64,000 bases of DNA, taken from positions 54,004,001 through 54,068,000 of the forward strand of contig NC_086108.1 in NCBI RefSeq assembly GCF_963921235.1. The letters run 5' to 3'. The position numbers and the translations under genes were made by a program. The notes below the pieces were generated by a model that searched no databases, was not told where the DNA came from, and saw nothing but the letters and a program-made list of their open reading frames with translations. The stretch comes from Mobula hypostoma. Taxonomy: Eukaryota. The stretch's first letter is position 1. The number at the start of each line of letters is the position of its first letter. Positions 50,842 through 64,000 of this stretch are shown here, in pieces.

Positions 50842-53800
50842 TACTAGGGAGAAGGTTCTTTAGAAACTGAAAGATCTCAAGATGGATAAGTCACCTGGAC
50901 CAGATGGTGTACACCCCAGGGTTCTGAAAGAGGTGGCTGAAGAGATTGTGGAGGCATTAGTAATCATCTTTCAAGAATCACTATATTTTGGAATGGTTTC
51001 AGAAGACTGGAAAATTGCAAATGTCACTCCACTTTTCAAGAAGGGATCGAGGCAGAAGAAAGGAAATAATAGGCTGCTAAGTCTGAAGTCAGTGGTTGGG
51101 AAGATGTTGGAGTTGATTGTTAAGGATGTAGTTTTGAGGTGCTTGGAGTTACATGATAAAGTAGGCCATAGTCAGCATGGTTTCTTCAACCTGAAAAATC
51201 TGTTGGAATGTTTTAAAGAGATAACAAGCCGGATAGACAAAGGAGCATTGGTTGATGTTGGTTGCGTACTTGGATTTTCAGAAGGCCTTTGGTAAGGTGC
51301 ACACCTGAGGCTGCTTAACAAGCTACTAGCCCATGGTATTACAGGAAAGATTCTAGCATGGATAAAGCAGTGGCTGATTGGCACGAGGCAAAGAGTGGGA
51401 ATAAAGGGAGCCTTTTCTGGTTGGCTGCCGTTGGTGATTAGGGGTGTTCCACAAGAGTCTGTGTTGGGACTGATTCTCTTTACGTTGTATATTAATGATT
51501 TGGATGATGGAATTGGAGGCTTTGTTGATATGAAGATAGGTGGAGGGGCAAGTCATCTTGAGGAAGTAGAAAGGCTAGAGAAGGCCTTAGGCAGGTTAGG
51601 AGAATGGGCAAAGAAATGACAGACAGAATACAGTGTCAAGAAGTGTACGGCCATGCACTTTGTTTGAGGAAATGAAAGGATTGATTATTTTCTAAATGGA
51701 GAGACAATGCAAAAATCTGAGGCGCAAGGGGATTTGGGAGTCCTTGTGCAGTATTCTCTAAAGCTTAATTTGTAGGTTGACCTGCTGCGTTCACCAGCAA
51801 CTTTTATGTGTGTTGTTTGTAGGCTGAGTCTGTGTTGAGGAAAGTAAATGCAATGTTAACATTTGTTTTAAGAGGACTAGAATATTAAAAGCAAGGGTGT
51901 AATATTGAGACTTTATAAAGAATTGGTGAGGCCTCACTTGGAGTATTGAGAGCAGGTGTGGACCCTTTATCTTAGAAAGGATGTGCTGGAACTGGAGAGG
52001 GTTCAAAGGAGGTTCCAGAATTAACCGGCTTGTCATATGGTGAGCGTTTGATGGCTCTGGGCCTGTATTCACTAGAATTCAGAAGAATGAGGGATGACCT
52101 CATTGAAGCATCGAATGGTAAAAGGCCTTGATAGAGTGGACGTGGAGAAGGTGTTTCTTATGGTGGGAGAGTCTAAGACCAGAAGACGCAGCCTTAGAAT
52201 AGAGTGGAGTTCTTTTAGAACGGAGATGAGGAAGAATTTCTTTATCCAGAGAGTAGTGAATCTATGGAATTCTTTGCACAAGAGCTGTGGAGCCCAAGTC
52301 TTTATATATATTTAAGGCAGACGTTGATAGATTCTTGATTGGTCAGGGTATGATTGGTCAGGGAGAAGGCAGGAAATTGGGGCTGAAAGGAAATGTGGAT
52401 CAGCCATGACCAAATGGTGGAGCAGACTTGATGGGCCAAATGGCCTAATTCTCAGATACCTTATGGTCTTCTAATATGACTGTATCCAAGAAGTTAACAC
52501 TTAAATATTGAATGAACATGTGCATGGAGAGCATTTGCACACTGTGTCTTGTCACTAGTTGTTGGGTGGCAGTTAGTCCAAGTTGTGTTTTATATATAGC
52601 CTGGTTTCAGAACATTGGGCCATTCTAGTAAAATGCTTTTGAATTGTAACTACTGTTGCAATGTTTTTGGAGAAGTATTTGTATTTCAGAGAAATGTAGA
52701 ACAACCCATTCTGTCTCTAAAGATATTCAGATTCTTCATTCTTCTGTCCTTTCCTCATAGCTCTTGTTTTTGTTTTACCCCTCCCCCAAACCTTTCTGGT
52801 ATTTATCCAATTTCCTTTTGAATGTCAGAGTTGAATCTCCTTCTATCATGCTGTTTGGAATATTCCAGTTCACAAAATCTCACTGTTTACACTTTCTCCT
52901 TGTGTCTGTTTTGATTCATTGGCCATTGCATTAAGTCAGTATCTGCTGGTGCTTATTATCCTTAGTTTTGCTTTTCAAAATATGGTTTGGTTTACATTCT
53001 TGTCTCTTCCAATAACTTTTAGTTGATCTGGCTCAGTATATTTTATTAGACTCGTCTGTAGAAAGAGTTAGACACTTTGTTTTAGGTACATCAGCTATAT
53101 CTAATCAATAGAACTGATAAGGTTTAAAACTCAGTTGACTTAATAATGGATCCTTTTAAACTATGACTGGGTTTAGCTGTGAAGCTCCATTTTCATGCTC
53201 AAATGGGTTGCTGGCACTTACCAGCTTGCATTCTCTGAAATTAACTTACTTCTATGATGTATCCAGCGGTTTTAGCACTCTGAATTAATTACACACAATT
53301 ATCATCAAGAAAAGGAAAAAAATTAAAGTGAAGGTAAATAAAAGTGTTTCCTTTGTCTTCTGACCGATTATAATATAAATATACAAGATGTATAATTATA
53401 GTTAATAAATTCCTTGTAATAAGGATGGGGAATTTTACTGCTAGCTATGGAACGTGTTCCATTTTTGGTTTTCAGTGTCAACTTCGAGTACACCCAGGTA
53501 GGGTTTTAATGAGTTAGGCAACAAAGCTGCCTGCATTCTTCCACCAAGAGAAGAATGCCTCTAACTATATTAATATGCTTGTTAATCTATTTTCCTTACC
53601 AATCATAATTTATTGGAATGAAGTTAGTTCCACATAACGAGCTAAGTCTTTAAGTACGGTGCTTAAAACTGTTAATATGAGGTCCATAGTGACTTGCACT
53701 TTGTTAAATAAAATTTGTGGAATAATACTAAAATCAAAAACAGTGATTCTCAATTCCAGTTTCTTTGCCTCTAGCACCAGGCCTAAAAACATCTTGTAAA

Positions 53801-54774
53801 CTGGTTTATTGAATTGCTGTAGCTGAGGAGAGCCTCAGACTGATTTTGGCAATGGTAAAAATCACAGCTGCTGCAGATCCTCCTGGGTTTCATCATGCTT
53901 AAATCTCTGCCTTCCCACAGCCATCTCCAATTAGTGGCTTAATTTCAAAAGATTGCCAGTTCTTTTCATCTTCAAAAAAACAAATGTAACCCAAAGGATG
54001 TCATGGCAACTGCAACCAAGGTCATTTCCTGTCTGAACTGCACCAGCCGATAACAAAAATGAAACCTACCAACTGTATTTCAATTGAAAATAGATAAGAT
54101 TTTAGGAATAGATGTTACACAACACCTGTCAAAATGAAATCTCATTAGGGTTGCTACAAGTAAGATAGGGCTGAGCAAACAGAAGGTGAAAAATGTCCTG
54201 TAAAAGTGCTCTTCTTATTATGAATTATTTCAGGTCAATTTGAATGAAAATTGGTCTCCTTAAAATGATAAACCAGAGACTGACTAGAAGCCATATAATC
54301 GATGGTTTCAATGTTTTCAAACGATCAGACTTGAATATGTTTAATTGTGGGAAACTATGCTAAAGAGAAAAAGTGAGTTATCAGGGAAGTGGTGAAAGTT
54401 GTGGGGCTATCTGAGAAAGTACACGAGAGAAGACTGTGGAGAGTTCATAACATTGATAAGGTTTTAAATTGATTGAAAAGGAAAATGCAGTGGTAGTTCT
54501 TTGTATATAAAAACTCAGAAAGACTATTTGTACCTAGGAAGGCAACGTATGATTCTTGAGTATGCTGTAAAAATTTCTGTCCATGTATATTAAGCATTAG
54601 AGCATGATCTTGAAGTCAGAAGTTAAAGGTTTGGATCTTGCTGGTAAACGTCAGCAGTTTTGAATGTTTAAATATAAGTAGTACTGGGACTTCTATGTAT
54701 GCATTGTCAAACCTAGAAGCCATAAAGCATTGACTGGCTTAGAATACCAGACCTGGCAGCTCTCTCCCCAGTAC

Positions 54775-55402
54775 TTCAGAATCAGAGTCAAGTTTATCGC
54801 TGTCTTACATGAAGGGAAATTTGTTGTTTTGAGGCAGCAGTGCAAAGATGAAAAATTTCTATAAATTACAAAATAAATCAATAAATAGTCTAAAATAAAG
54901 AATAGTGAGCTAGTGTTCATGGACCATTCAGAAATCTGATGGTGGCAGCGGAGAAGCTGTTTCTGAGTTATTGAGCGTGTGTCTTCAGGCGATGGTACCG
55001 CCTCCCAGGTTGGTAGTACTGACAGGCATGTCCCAATGGTGAGGGTCCTTCTTGAGGTGCACTCGGGCAGCGTTGTGCACTGAGTGGTGGGCAGCGTTGG
55101 CAGTGGTGGGCAGCATTGTGGGCAGTGGTAGGCAGCGTTGTGCTCTCAGTGATGGGCGTCGTTGTGCCAGAGTCTACAACCCCTCTGCAGCCTGTTACAA
55201 TTTTTTGCAATGGAGTCCCCATATGCATTCTGGATGCAATTAGTCCGAATGCTCTCCACCATCCATCTATAGAGATCTGCTGAAACCTTTGGTGACTTAA
55301 TAAATCTCCTCAAAGGAAATAAAGCCACTGCCATGCTGCCTTCGGATTTGCATCAGTGTTTTGGGCCCAGAACAGATCCTCCATGGCTTTGACACCCAGG
55401 GA
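54775..55402 (-). mobile_element. Rex1/Babar LINE 3' fragment containing a minisatellite expansion
   Basis: LYRWMVESI and GHA..PGRRYHRLKTH on the minus strand; repeat array at about 55065-55167. Confidence 0.75.
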
Positions 55403-56967
55403 CAACGGCACTTCCTGTATCCAATGGCAAGTATCCCTCAGATTCACCTATTCTGCCGAATTATTTCTAAGATCTTGTGACATGTGATACTTGGTGCAGG
55501 ACCTGAGAGTCCATTGATTTTACTGTAGGTATCTTTAACATCCAACCTGCATAAAATCAGAGGAGGCCATTTTGTCGTTTGAGCACGGCTGCAGAAGCTA
55601 TCGGAACAATCCCTTTCCCCACTGACTTCGGCGTTACCTGGTCTCACCGATGTGCTCGTCAGCTCTGACTTTCCTTTCACCCACTTAAAGCAGCCAGTTG
55701 AACTAACAACCAGAGTGTCCTAGGGGCATAGGATGAAACTGGGGCACTTGGTGGAAACTTGTGCAGTTACAGGGAGTTCCTGCAAACTCTGTATAGGGAG
55801 CACTGATGGTGAGGATTGAACCTGGGCTGATAAAGTAAGCGAGGCAGTAGCTCTCACATCTGCTCCACTGTGTGACCTCAGAGAGGGAAAGGCAGGTTTT
55901 CTCCTACTTTTTTTTTGTTGGGGAAAATCTCAAGTTTAATATTTATGTTTTCATCCTTTTAAAAGTAGATCAATATTAAATTATTTGCTTCAGTTTTGAT
56001 ATTTTGAATACCTCAATGTCTTATGGGTTTTGGCGTCAACACTTTTGGGCAGGCATGAGGAGTCCGAAGTTATCAAAGAACTAATGCAGGTGTCAGGTGA
56101 AGCTCTGGCTCCTTGAGGCCAGCAAAATTAGCACTCTATATTGAAACTAGACCAGTACAGGGACGACGAGACCAAACTCTGTTGATCTGACTCAGTAACA
56201 ATAAGCTCAACCTTCTTCTGTTGAGGGCTTTTTCCCCCATTAGCAGCAGTAAACTTCAAGTTTGATGCCATGATCTCCTGTTTCAATATGATGTTAAATT
56301 TAGTGTACATTCATCAATGTATTTCAGCAAACTTTGGGATGGGAAGCAGTGAAATGCAATGTGATTTGGCGAGTAAATGCTAAACAAATGTAGAACTGAC
56401 TCATGCAAACTGTGAAAGGCCCTGGGTTGTTCCTGGAAAGGTATATAACCTGATCATAGTGTGAGACTGGATTGGACACTGGCTCAGCAGGATGTGAACA
56501 TTGGTGTCTAGCCTGTCTCTAGTTAATTTTCCATTTGGTTGTGGGGGGTTGGGGTTACTTGTCCATTTCAAAATCAGAAAAGACTCTGAATGTGGCCCTG
56601 AAAGAATGGCAAATTTCCTTCCTATTAGACTGGTGCGTTCTATATTGCCAGCTGTGTTGTAATCCCAAGTAGTGTTTTTTAATAAATAACAAAGGACCAG
56701 AACTGATTTTCTAAGGAGTACATTGACTTGAAGTTCAATGATTACTGTAAACTTGATGTCATATTAGCACTAGAACATGCTTCCCTTTGTGCCTACCCCT
56801 CAATGAAACAAGATAAAAGTCTGCATGTACTCGCGTTAATCCCAGATTTGAGTTTGTGGGTGATCTAGGAAGGCACGAATTCTGGATACTGCATTTAAGA
56901 GGAACGATGGCTAAATCTTGAAGATTAGCTGTATTTGTCACACGTTTATTGAGCCATCAATGGTTTT

Positions 56968-57161
56968 GGGTCGGCTGGTGGTGTAGTGGCATCAGCACTG
57001 GACTTTGAGGCAGATGGTCCTGAGTTCGAATCTGGCCAGGTCCCAACCTGGGCAGCGTGTCGACTGGAACCTGGAAAGCCCTGTGGACAACTACACTATA
57101 TAGTTCGGCACGGACTAGAAGGGCCGAGATGGCCTGTTTCCGTGTTGTGATTGTTATATGG
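56968..57161 (+). mobile_element. tRNA-derived SINE with a CR1-derived 3' tail
   Basis: A box tggtgtagtgg (56979-56989) and B box gagttcgaatc (57022-57032). Tail ggcacggactagaagggccgagatggcctgtttccgtg matches the CR1 end at 29531-29570. Confidence 0.85.
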
Positions 57162-58978
57162 TACAGGGAAATGCAGTTTGTGTCAATGATCAACACAAGT
57201 CTGTGTTTGTGCTGCTGGGTAGCCTGCAAATGTCACCATGCTTCAGGCACCCACGTAGTATATCCATAACTCACTGACCTTTAGAATGTGGTAGGAAACC
57301 GGAGCACCCAGAGGAAACCGGCACAGTCACGGAGAGAATTTACGAGCTCTGAACAGACAGCGGCAGGAATTGAGCCCCAAATTGCCGACACTGTGAATAT
57401 CTTTACACTATTGTGGCGCTTTCGTCATGACTTCATTTACTTCCAAACCAAAAAGTGGCACATTCTAGAAATCCGATTACAGTCAACCAGCACTAATCCA
57501 CGGTGTGATTTATTTGTAAATCACCGTATGATGTTTCCCATATGGTCTTTAGACTTCCTGGGCCCCATCTTTCCCAGTGCTTTGATTAAAAGAATTGTTG
57601 CTGTATTGATAGGAATGGTATCCAATTGTTTAGAAAGTCTACTACCACTAAACTCTCACTCGCTGGGCAATGAAAATGACTATGTTGCTTCAGCTCCTGC
57701 CATGGTATAAATCTGAAGACCTTCCCTCACTGTTTTGTGACCATTCTAATTCTGGGAGTGACTTTCCCGTTTGTTTTTGCACACAACAATTTTGCAGGTG
57801 ATGCAGAAGAGGTCAGCTGGAATGGTTCCAGGGAGGACCTGTGGAACAGCCTGAAGTAACGTGAGAGACTAATTTTTATGATTTGGAAGGTGTGGTGGAA
57901 ACACATTCAATAATAATGTAACAGGAGAATTGGGAGGAGTAAGAATTTGCAGGCAATTGGCACCAGTTCACCGATCTATCAGATTTGGTTTGCTAAGCTC
58001 TACTCTGTGTAGTATCATTTGATAATTCTACAGAGATAAAAGCAAGATTGTCCGAGTTTTTCATTAACTACTGGCCACTGACCTCTGCTGGAAATGTGGT
58101 TGCCTATGTAAATTGGTTAAGCACAGGATTAGATTTCTCTTTGATGTATTCACAGTCAATTATTCTGCCAACACTCATAGGCTAATGAAGAATGGTGTGT
58201 GCTCGATAACAAGGGCAGTCAGCACCTTTAAAATTGATGACAACACGAGTTGGCAGCTTCTAAGGGAGAGGGGAAGAGAATGTTGTAATTAAAAAAAGAT
58301 TTGAATGTAACTTAGTTCTTTCATAATTTGATGGCGACTTTCCCTTGATTTCTGATTCTCTGGCGTTTCACGTCCTGTATCAAGAACAGTTCAAACTTGA
58401 CCAGAACTGAGAACAGGGGACTTCACTATTTCTGGTTTACGGGTCTGAGATTTTCCGCAGTGCACAGTAACTGTGCTTGCAAATGTCTCACTCCGTCTGG
58501 CTATGAATCTTGCTCAAATGCAGAAGAAATCTAATAAACAGAAGTCCTAGTAATTTATCATTTTACTTTTCTCTTAGTTTCTTTCTGTGGGGGATTCTTC
58601 TGGTGAATATTCATGCTGTTCACTTTGATGAGATCTATGTTTAATAATTGTGTTATATCTCAGATTAGTTTTGCATGGTTCCCAGTCTTCTCAATAGATG
58701 CAGTTGGTTTATCATCAGTAGAGGAACACCACTAAATGAATAAAGACCAAGTTAGTAATGGTTATCTGCCTGAGGTAGCCATTTGCAGGGTGCGAGGAAT
58801 AGCATTAATAATGTTATTGCTGTTGGTCAGTTTGCATGCAGTTAAGTTCCAGAAACATCAAATGAAAATGCAATAAATGCTAGAAACTGAAGTAAATTAG
58901 AAGTAGACAGCTGGTCAGGCAGTGTGAATGCAAAGAGAAACAGGATATTTCCCATGTTCTCTCCACCACTGTGCCACC

Positions 58979-59075
58979 TATTCTGATGAAGGGTCTCGGC
59001 CTGAAACGTCGACTGTTTACACTGTCCCTGAGACGCTGCCTGTCCTGCTGAGTTCCACCAGTTTGTGTGTGTTAC
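58979..59075 (+). mobile_element. Penelope terminal fragment with a hammerhead core
   Basis: CTGATGA-agggtctcggcct-GAAAC-GTC-gactg followed by the Penelope tail. Confidence 0.8.
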
Positions 59076-59399
59076 CCATTCTGTAAGTTAAGATTCTGTA
59101 CTGTTGGATTGGCCATCTTTCAAATGAAACACTAAACTGAAGCCATGTCTTCTCTCAATCTGTGAAGCAGTATTTTGATGGGGGGATGAAATACATTAAA
59201 CAGTTAATATATTAGTTTCATCATGGAAGCAGGAAATCATCAGCTTTTGAAAACTCCATATTTAGCGCTCAACTTCAGGCCAAGAAACTAGGATCTACTA
59301 TTCTTCTGAATAAATTAGCTATGCTCAAAACTATGAATATGTTAGCCTGCACAGACATGATGGGCCAAATGGTTCACTTTGACTCTGCAATTTCTGTCA

Positions 59400-61600
59400 A
59401 TTCAATATTGAGTTGGAATCACCAGCATATGTTGTGAAATTTGTTGGTTTGTGGCAGCTGTACATTGCAATACATGATAAAAACTATAAAACTATAAATT
59501 ACAGTAAGTATATATTTTTTTAAAAAGTAGTGCAAGAAAGAGGGGAAAAATACTGAGTTAGTTTTCATGAGTTCATTGTCCATTCAGGAATCTGATGGCG
59601 AAGGGGAAGAAGCTGTTTCTAAACATTGACTGTGTGTCTTCAGGCTCCTGTACCACGTCCTTGATGGTAGCAATGAGAAGAGGGCATGTCCTGGCTGCTG
59701 GGAGTCCTTCCTGATGGATTTTGCCTTTTTGAGGGTGACCTGGATGCTACAGAGACTGATGCTCATTATGGAGCTGGCTGAGTTTACAACTTTCTGCAGC
59801 TTTTTCCAATCCTGTGCAGTGGCTGAGCAACCAGTTGGAATGCACTCCGAGGCACATCTCCAGAAATCTGCCAGTGAATTTGGTGACATACCTTAAACTC
59901 CTAATGAAATACAGCCGCTGTTTTGCCGTCTTTATGATTTCATCAGATGTACTGACTTCTGACTTGCTGCATTGCCTTCTGGTATGGGGAGGGGCTACTG
60001 CGCAGGATCAAAAGAAGCTACAGGAAGTTGTAAAATTAGTCAGCTCCATTTTGGGAAATAACCTCCATCGTGTCCAAGACATCTTCAAGGAGCGGTGTCT
60101 CAGAAAGACGGCGCCTATCATTAAGGACCCCCATCACCCAGTACATGCCCTCCTCTCATTGTTAGTGTCAGGAAGGAGGTACAGAAGCCTGAAGGCACAC
60201 ACTCAGTGATTCAGGAACAGCTTCTTCCCCTGTGCCATCAGATTTCTAAATGGGCATTGAACCCATGAGCACCACCTCACTCCTATTATTTCTGTTTTCG
60301 CACTATTTTTAACTTAACTACTCAATAAGCATATATATACTTAGTGTAATTCATCTATTTATTACTTTTCTATATTATGTATTGCATTGTACTTTTGCCA
60401 CTGTTAAAAATTTCTCAACATATGCTGGTGATATTAAACCTGATTCTACGTCAGTATGTTGGGCCCAGGATAGATCCTCAGAGATATTGACACCCAGGAA
60501 CTTGAAAAGGCTCTCCCTTTCCACTTCTGGTCCCTCGATGAGGACTGGTGTGTGCTCCTTCGCCTTCCCCTTCCTGAAGTCAACAATCAGTTCTTGGTCT
60601 TCCTGACGTTGAGTGCAAGGTTGTTTTTGTAGCACCACTCAACCAGCTGATCTATCTCACTCCTGTACGCCCCCTCGTCTCCATCTGAAATTCTGCCAGC
60701 AATAGTTGTGTTGGCGGTAAATTTATAGATGAGGTTTTAGCTGTGCCAAGCCACTCAGTTGTGGCTGTAGAGGGAGTAGAGTAATAGGCTAAGCACTAGT
60801 GTGCCAGTGTTGATTATCAGCGATGAGATGCTATTTCTGATCCGCTCAGACTTTGGTCTCCCGGTAGGATGCCAAAGATCCAGTTTCAGAGAGAGGTACA
60901 TTTTGGATCTTGTTGAATAGAATTGAAGGAACGATAATGTTAATGATAATGTTGAATGCTGAGGTATGATCAATAAACAGCAGCCTGACATGGATATTGC
61001 TATTGTCCAGATGATCCAGGGTTGAGTGGAGAGCCAGTGAGGTTGCATCCACTGTAGACCTATTGTGGCAATGGGCAAATTGCAGTGAGTCTAGGTCCTT
61101 CCTTGGGCAGGAATTGATTGTGGCCTGACTAACTTCTCAAAGCACTTCATCATAGTAGATGTGAATGCATCTGGGCGATAGTCATTGAGGCTGCTCACCC
61201 TGCTCTTCTTGGCCACTGGTGTGATAGTTGCCCTTTTGAATCTGGTATGAGCCTCTGACTGCTGCAATGAGAGATTGAAGGTGTCCATGAATACCTGCCA
61301 CCAGTTGGTTGGCACAGGTTTTCAGAGGCCTCCCAGGTACACCACCAGAGCCTTGTGAGGGTTCACCCACTTGAAAGATGTTCTGACATTGGCCTCTGAG
61401 ACAAAATCACAGGGTCACTAGATGCTTCAGGGATTCACACACGTGTAGTTTTAATCTCCCTTTCAAAGCGTGCATAAAAGGTGCTGTGCTCATCTGGTAG
61501 TGAAGCATCACTGCTATTCATGATGTTTCTCTTTGTAGGAAATAATTGCAAACCCTGCCAGAGCTGACGTGCATCTGATTCTATCTCTTGCCTCAGTTGG
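59400..61600 (-). mobile_element. Decayed Rex1/Babar LINE with an oppositely oriented Rex 3' fragment nested at about 59947-60448
   Basis: [34 protein letters not shown] and VRLLFID..SAFN; the nested piece is flanked by catcag / cgtcag. Confidence 0.88.
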
Positions 61601-61614
61601 AATTGTTTTTCGTT

Positions 61615-63690
61615 CTTAAGATAAGATATAGGAGCAAGATTAGGCCTTTTGGCTCATCCAGTGTGCTCTATCATTTCATTATGGCTGATCCACTTTTCCA
61701 AACTCTCCAATCTCCTGCCTTCTCCCCATGCATGACCATACATTTCCTGGCGCTGTATTCCATCTGCCCATTCTCATACTCTTAAGTCCTTTTCTAGCCT
61801 CTCCTACTTCTTCAAAACTTAACTGCCCCTCCACCTATCTTCGTATTGTCTGCAAACCTTGCAACAAAGCCATCAATTCCATCATCTAAATCATTGGCAT
61901 ATAACATGAAAAGATTTGGTCCCAACACAGACCCCTGTGGAACACCATTAGTCACCAACCAGCAGCCAATCAGAAAAGGCTCCCTTTATTCCCACTCTTT
62001 GCCTTCTGTCAATCAGCCCTTGCTTTATCCATGCTAGTATCTTTCCTGTAATACCATGGGCCTGTAGCTTGTTAAGCAGCCTCAAGTGTGGCACCTTGTC
62101 AAAGGCCTTCTGAAAATCCAAGACCACAACATCAACCAATTCTCCTTTGTCTGTCCTGCTTGTTATTTCTTCAAAGAATCCCAGCAGATTTGTCAGGCAA
62201 GCTTTTCATGCTGACTTTGGCCTATTTTATCATGTGCCTCCAAGTACTCTGAGACCTCATCCTTAATAATTCACTCCAACATCTTCACAAACACTGAAGT
62301 CCGACTACTTGGCCTATAGTTTCCTTTCTTCTGCCCTTTTCCCTTCTTGAAGCGTGGAGTGTCATTTTCAATCTTCCGGTCTTCTGGAACCATTCCAGAA
62401 TCTAGTGATTCTTGAAAGATCATTATTAATACCTCCACGATCTCTTTAGCCACCTCCTTCAGAACCCTGAGGTGTACACCATCTGGTCCAGCTGACTTAT
62501 CTAGCTTTGGGTCTTTCATAGAACATGGAAAACTACAGCACATTGCAGGCCCTTCGGCCCACAATGTTGTGCCGAGGTAAGTTTCAGTTTCCTAAGTACC
62601 TTCTCTTTAGTTATGGTAACTTCACACACTTTATGCCCCCTGACACCTTGAACTTCCATCCTACTGCTAGTGTCTTCCACAGTGAAGACGGACCCAAAAT
62701 ACTTAGCTTGTCTGCTATTTCTTTGTCCCCCATTACTACCTCTCCAGCATCATTTTCCAGTGGTCCACTCTTGCCCCTATTTTACACTTTAGTTATCTGA
62801 AGAAACTTTTGGTATCCTCTTTAATATTATTGGCTTGCTTACTTTTGTATTCCATCTTTACCTTCTTAATGGCTTTTTCGTTATCTTCTATTAGTTTTTA
62901 AAAGTTTTCTAATCCTCTGACTTCCCATTAAGTTTTGCTCTTTTATATGCCCTTTCTTTGGTTTTGATGTTGACTCTGACTTCTCTTTTTAGCCACGGTT
63001 GTGTCACCTTGCCTTTTGGATGTTTTGTCCTCTTTGGGATATATATATCCTGTGCCTTCCAAATTACTTGCAGAAATTCCAACCATTACTGTATTGATAT
63101 ACAGGCAGCTCAACCTTTTGATTCCTATCTTTGTTTGAAACCTTACCAAAATCTGCCTCTGCAACCTCTCCACTCACTGTTCTGGCATTCTGGTTCCCAT
63201 CCCCCTCCAACTCTAGTTTAAACCCCACTGTGCAGCATTAACAAATCCTTCCCGCTAGGATATTAGTTCCCCTCCAGTTCAGGTGCAAACTATCTCTTCA
63301 GTGCAAGTCCCACCTTCCTTAGAAGAGAGCCCAATGATCCAAAAATCTTATTCCTTCCCTCCTACACCAACTTCTTAGCTACATATTAAACTGTATAATA
63401 TTCCTAGTTCTGGCCTCACTAACACGTGGCATGGGTAGCAATCCTGAGATCACATTCCTGGAGGCCATGCCCTTAAGTTAACACCTAACTCCCCGAACAC
63501 CCTCTGCAGAACCTCATCACTCGTCCTACCCATGTCATTGGTACCTACATGGACCACAACTTCTGGCTGTTCGCCCCCCATTTAAGAACGCTGAGGACTC
63601 GATCCAGGAATCTTATTCTCTCCTACAGAACCTCCTGTCCATTTCCCTGACTAACAAATCCCCTATCACCACAGCATGCCTCAGATAGCC
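61615..63690 (-). mobile_element. Decayed CR1 LINE fragments (ORF1 esterase to RT, with deletions)
   Basis: LDFQKAFDKVPH, DKSAGPDGVHLRVLKE and an esterase remnant near 63220-63600; same family as 49250-52472. Confidence 0.88.
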
Positions 63691-64000
63691 TGTGTTCTGT
63701 AATGATGAACTTCCTGACCAATCGTGGAGTCCTATAATTAATCTCTGGAAAACTCAGATTCTAGACAAGGCCAACCTCCCATCTTTGGTAACCGCAAGTC
63801 CAGAAGTAATCTCTTCCATCCTAATACACTCCACTTACATTGGCTCAAATTACAACCCAGATGGTAATTTGGTAGCCAAGTCTGAAAATTACTCAAATAA
63901 TAGATGATGAAGTATAATAAGTATTAGTAGTTATGTTACGTCATATTTAAGGTAAGTGGGGGGAAGGTCTTGGAGATGAATAATTGAAGCCATAGAAACT

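Larger units (their letters stand above)
49250..52472 (+). mobile_element. Decayed CR1 LINE (end of ORF1, parts of ORF2, 3' tail) with nested insertions
   Basis: LCNELDLIKELKVKE..SDHNMIEF, DKSPGPDGVHPRVLKE and GVPQESVLG; CR1 3' tail. Confidence 0.9.

Noticed and set aside
55065..55167. CRISPR-like array
   Set aside because: Degenerate tandem units without unique spacers, in a eukaryotic context.
56968..57045. tRNA gene
   Set aside because: A and B boxes are present, but there is no convincing acceptor stem and it continues into a CR1-type tail, so it is a SINE head.
10294..64000. CACHD1 exon 2 (expected peptide like RIFNSFVYTEK)
   Set aside because: No matching exon found by eye; it probably lies beyond the window.

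Overview
Eukaryotic vertebrate DNA, most likely an elasmobranch (probably a ray), judged from its CR1, Rex1/Babar, Penelope and tRNA-SINE repeat content. Two host genes lie on the + strand: the last two coding exons of a probable UBE2U (1745-1863, 2395-2549) and coding exon 1 of CACHD1 (10018-10293, in a CpG island). The rest of the window, about 54 kb, is CACHD1 intron 1; I found no exon 2. The intron is packed with decayed, often nested mobile elements: CR1 and Rex1/Babar LINEs, Penelope-like elements, a Gypsy LTR remnant, Tc1, Tigger-like, Harbinger and hAT elements, and SINEs. Three observations stand out. (1) The Gypsy element has its pol, PPT and most of its 3' LTR replaced by an intronless RBM25 cDNA fragment. 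(2) The Penelope termini carry minimal hammerhead-ribozyme motifs with a compensatory stem change between copies. (3) A TSD-flanked Penelope insertion forms a near-perfect fold-back with ~81-bp arms. All gene and family calls come from motif recognition and recalled protein sequences, not from database searches.
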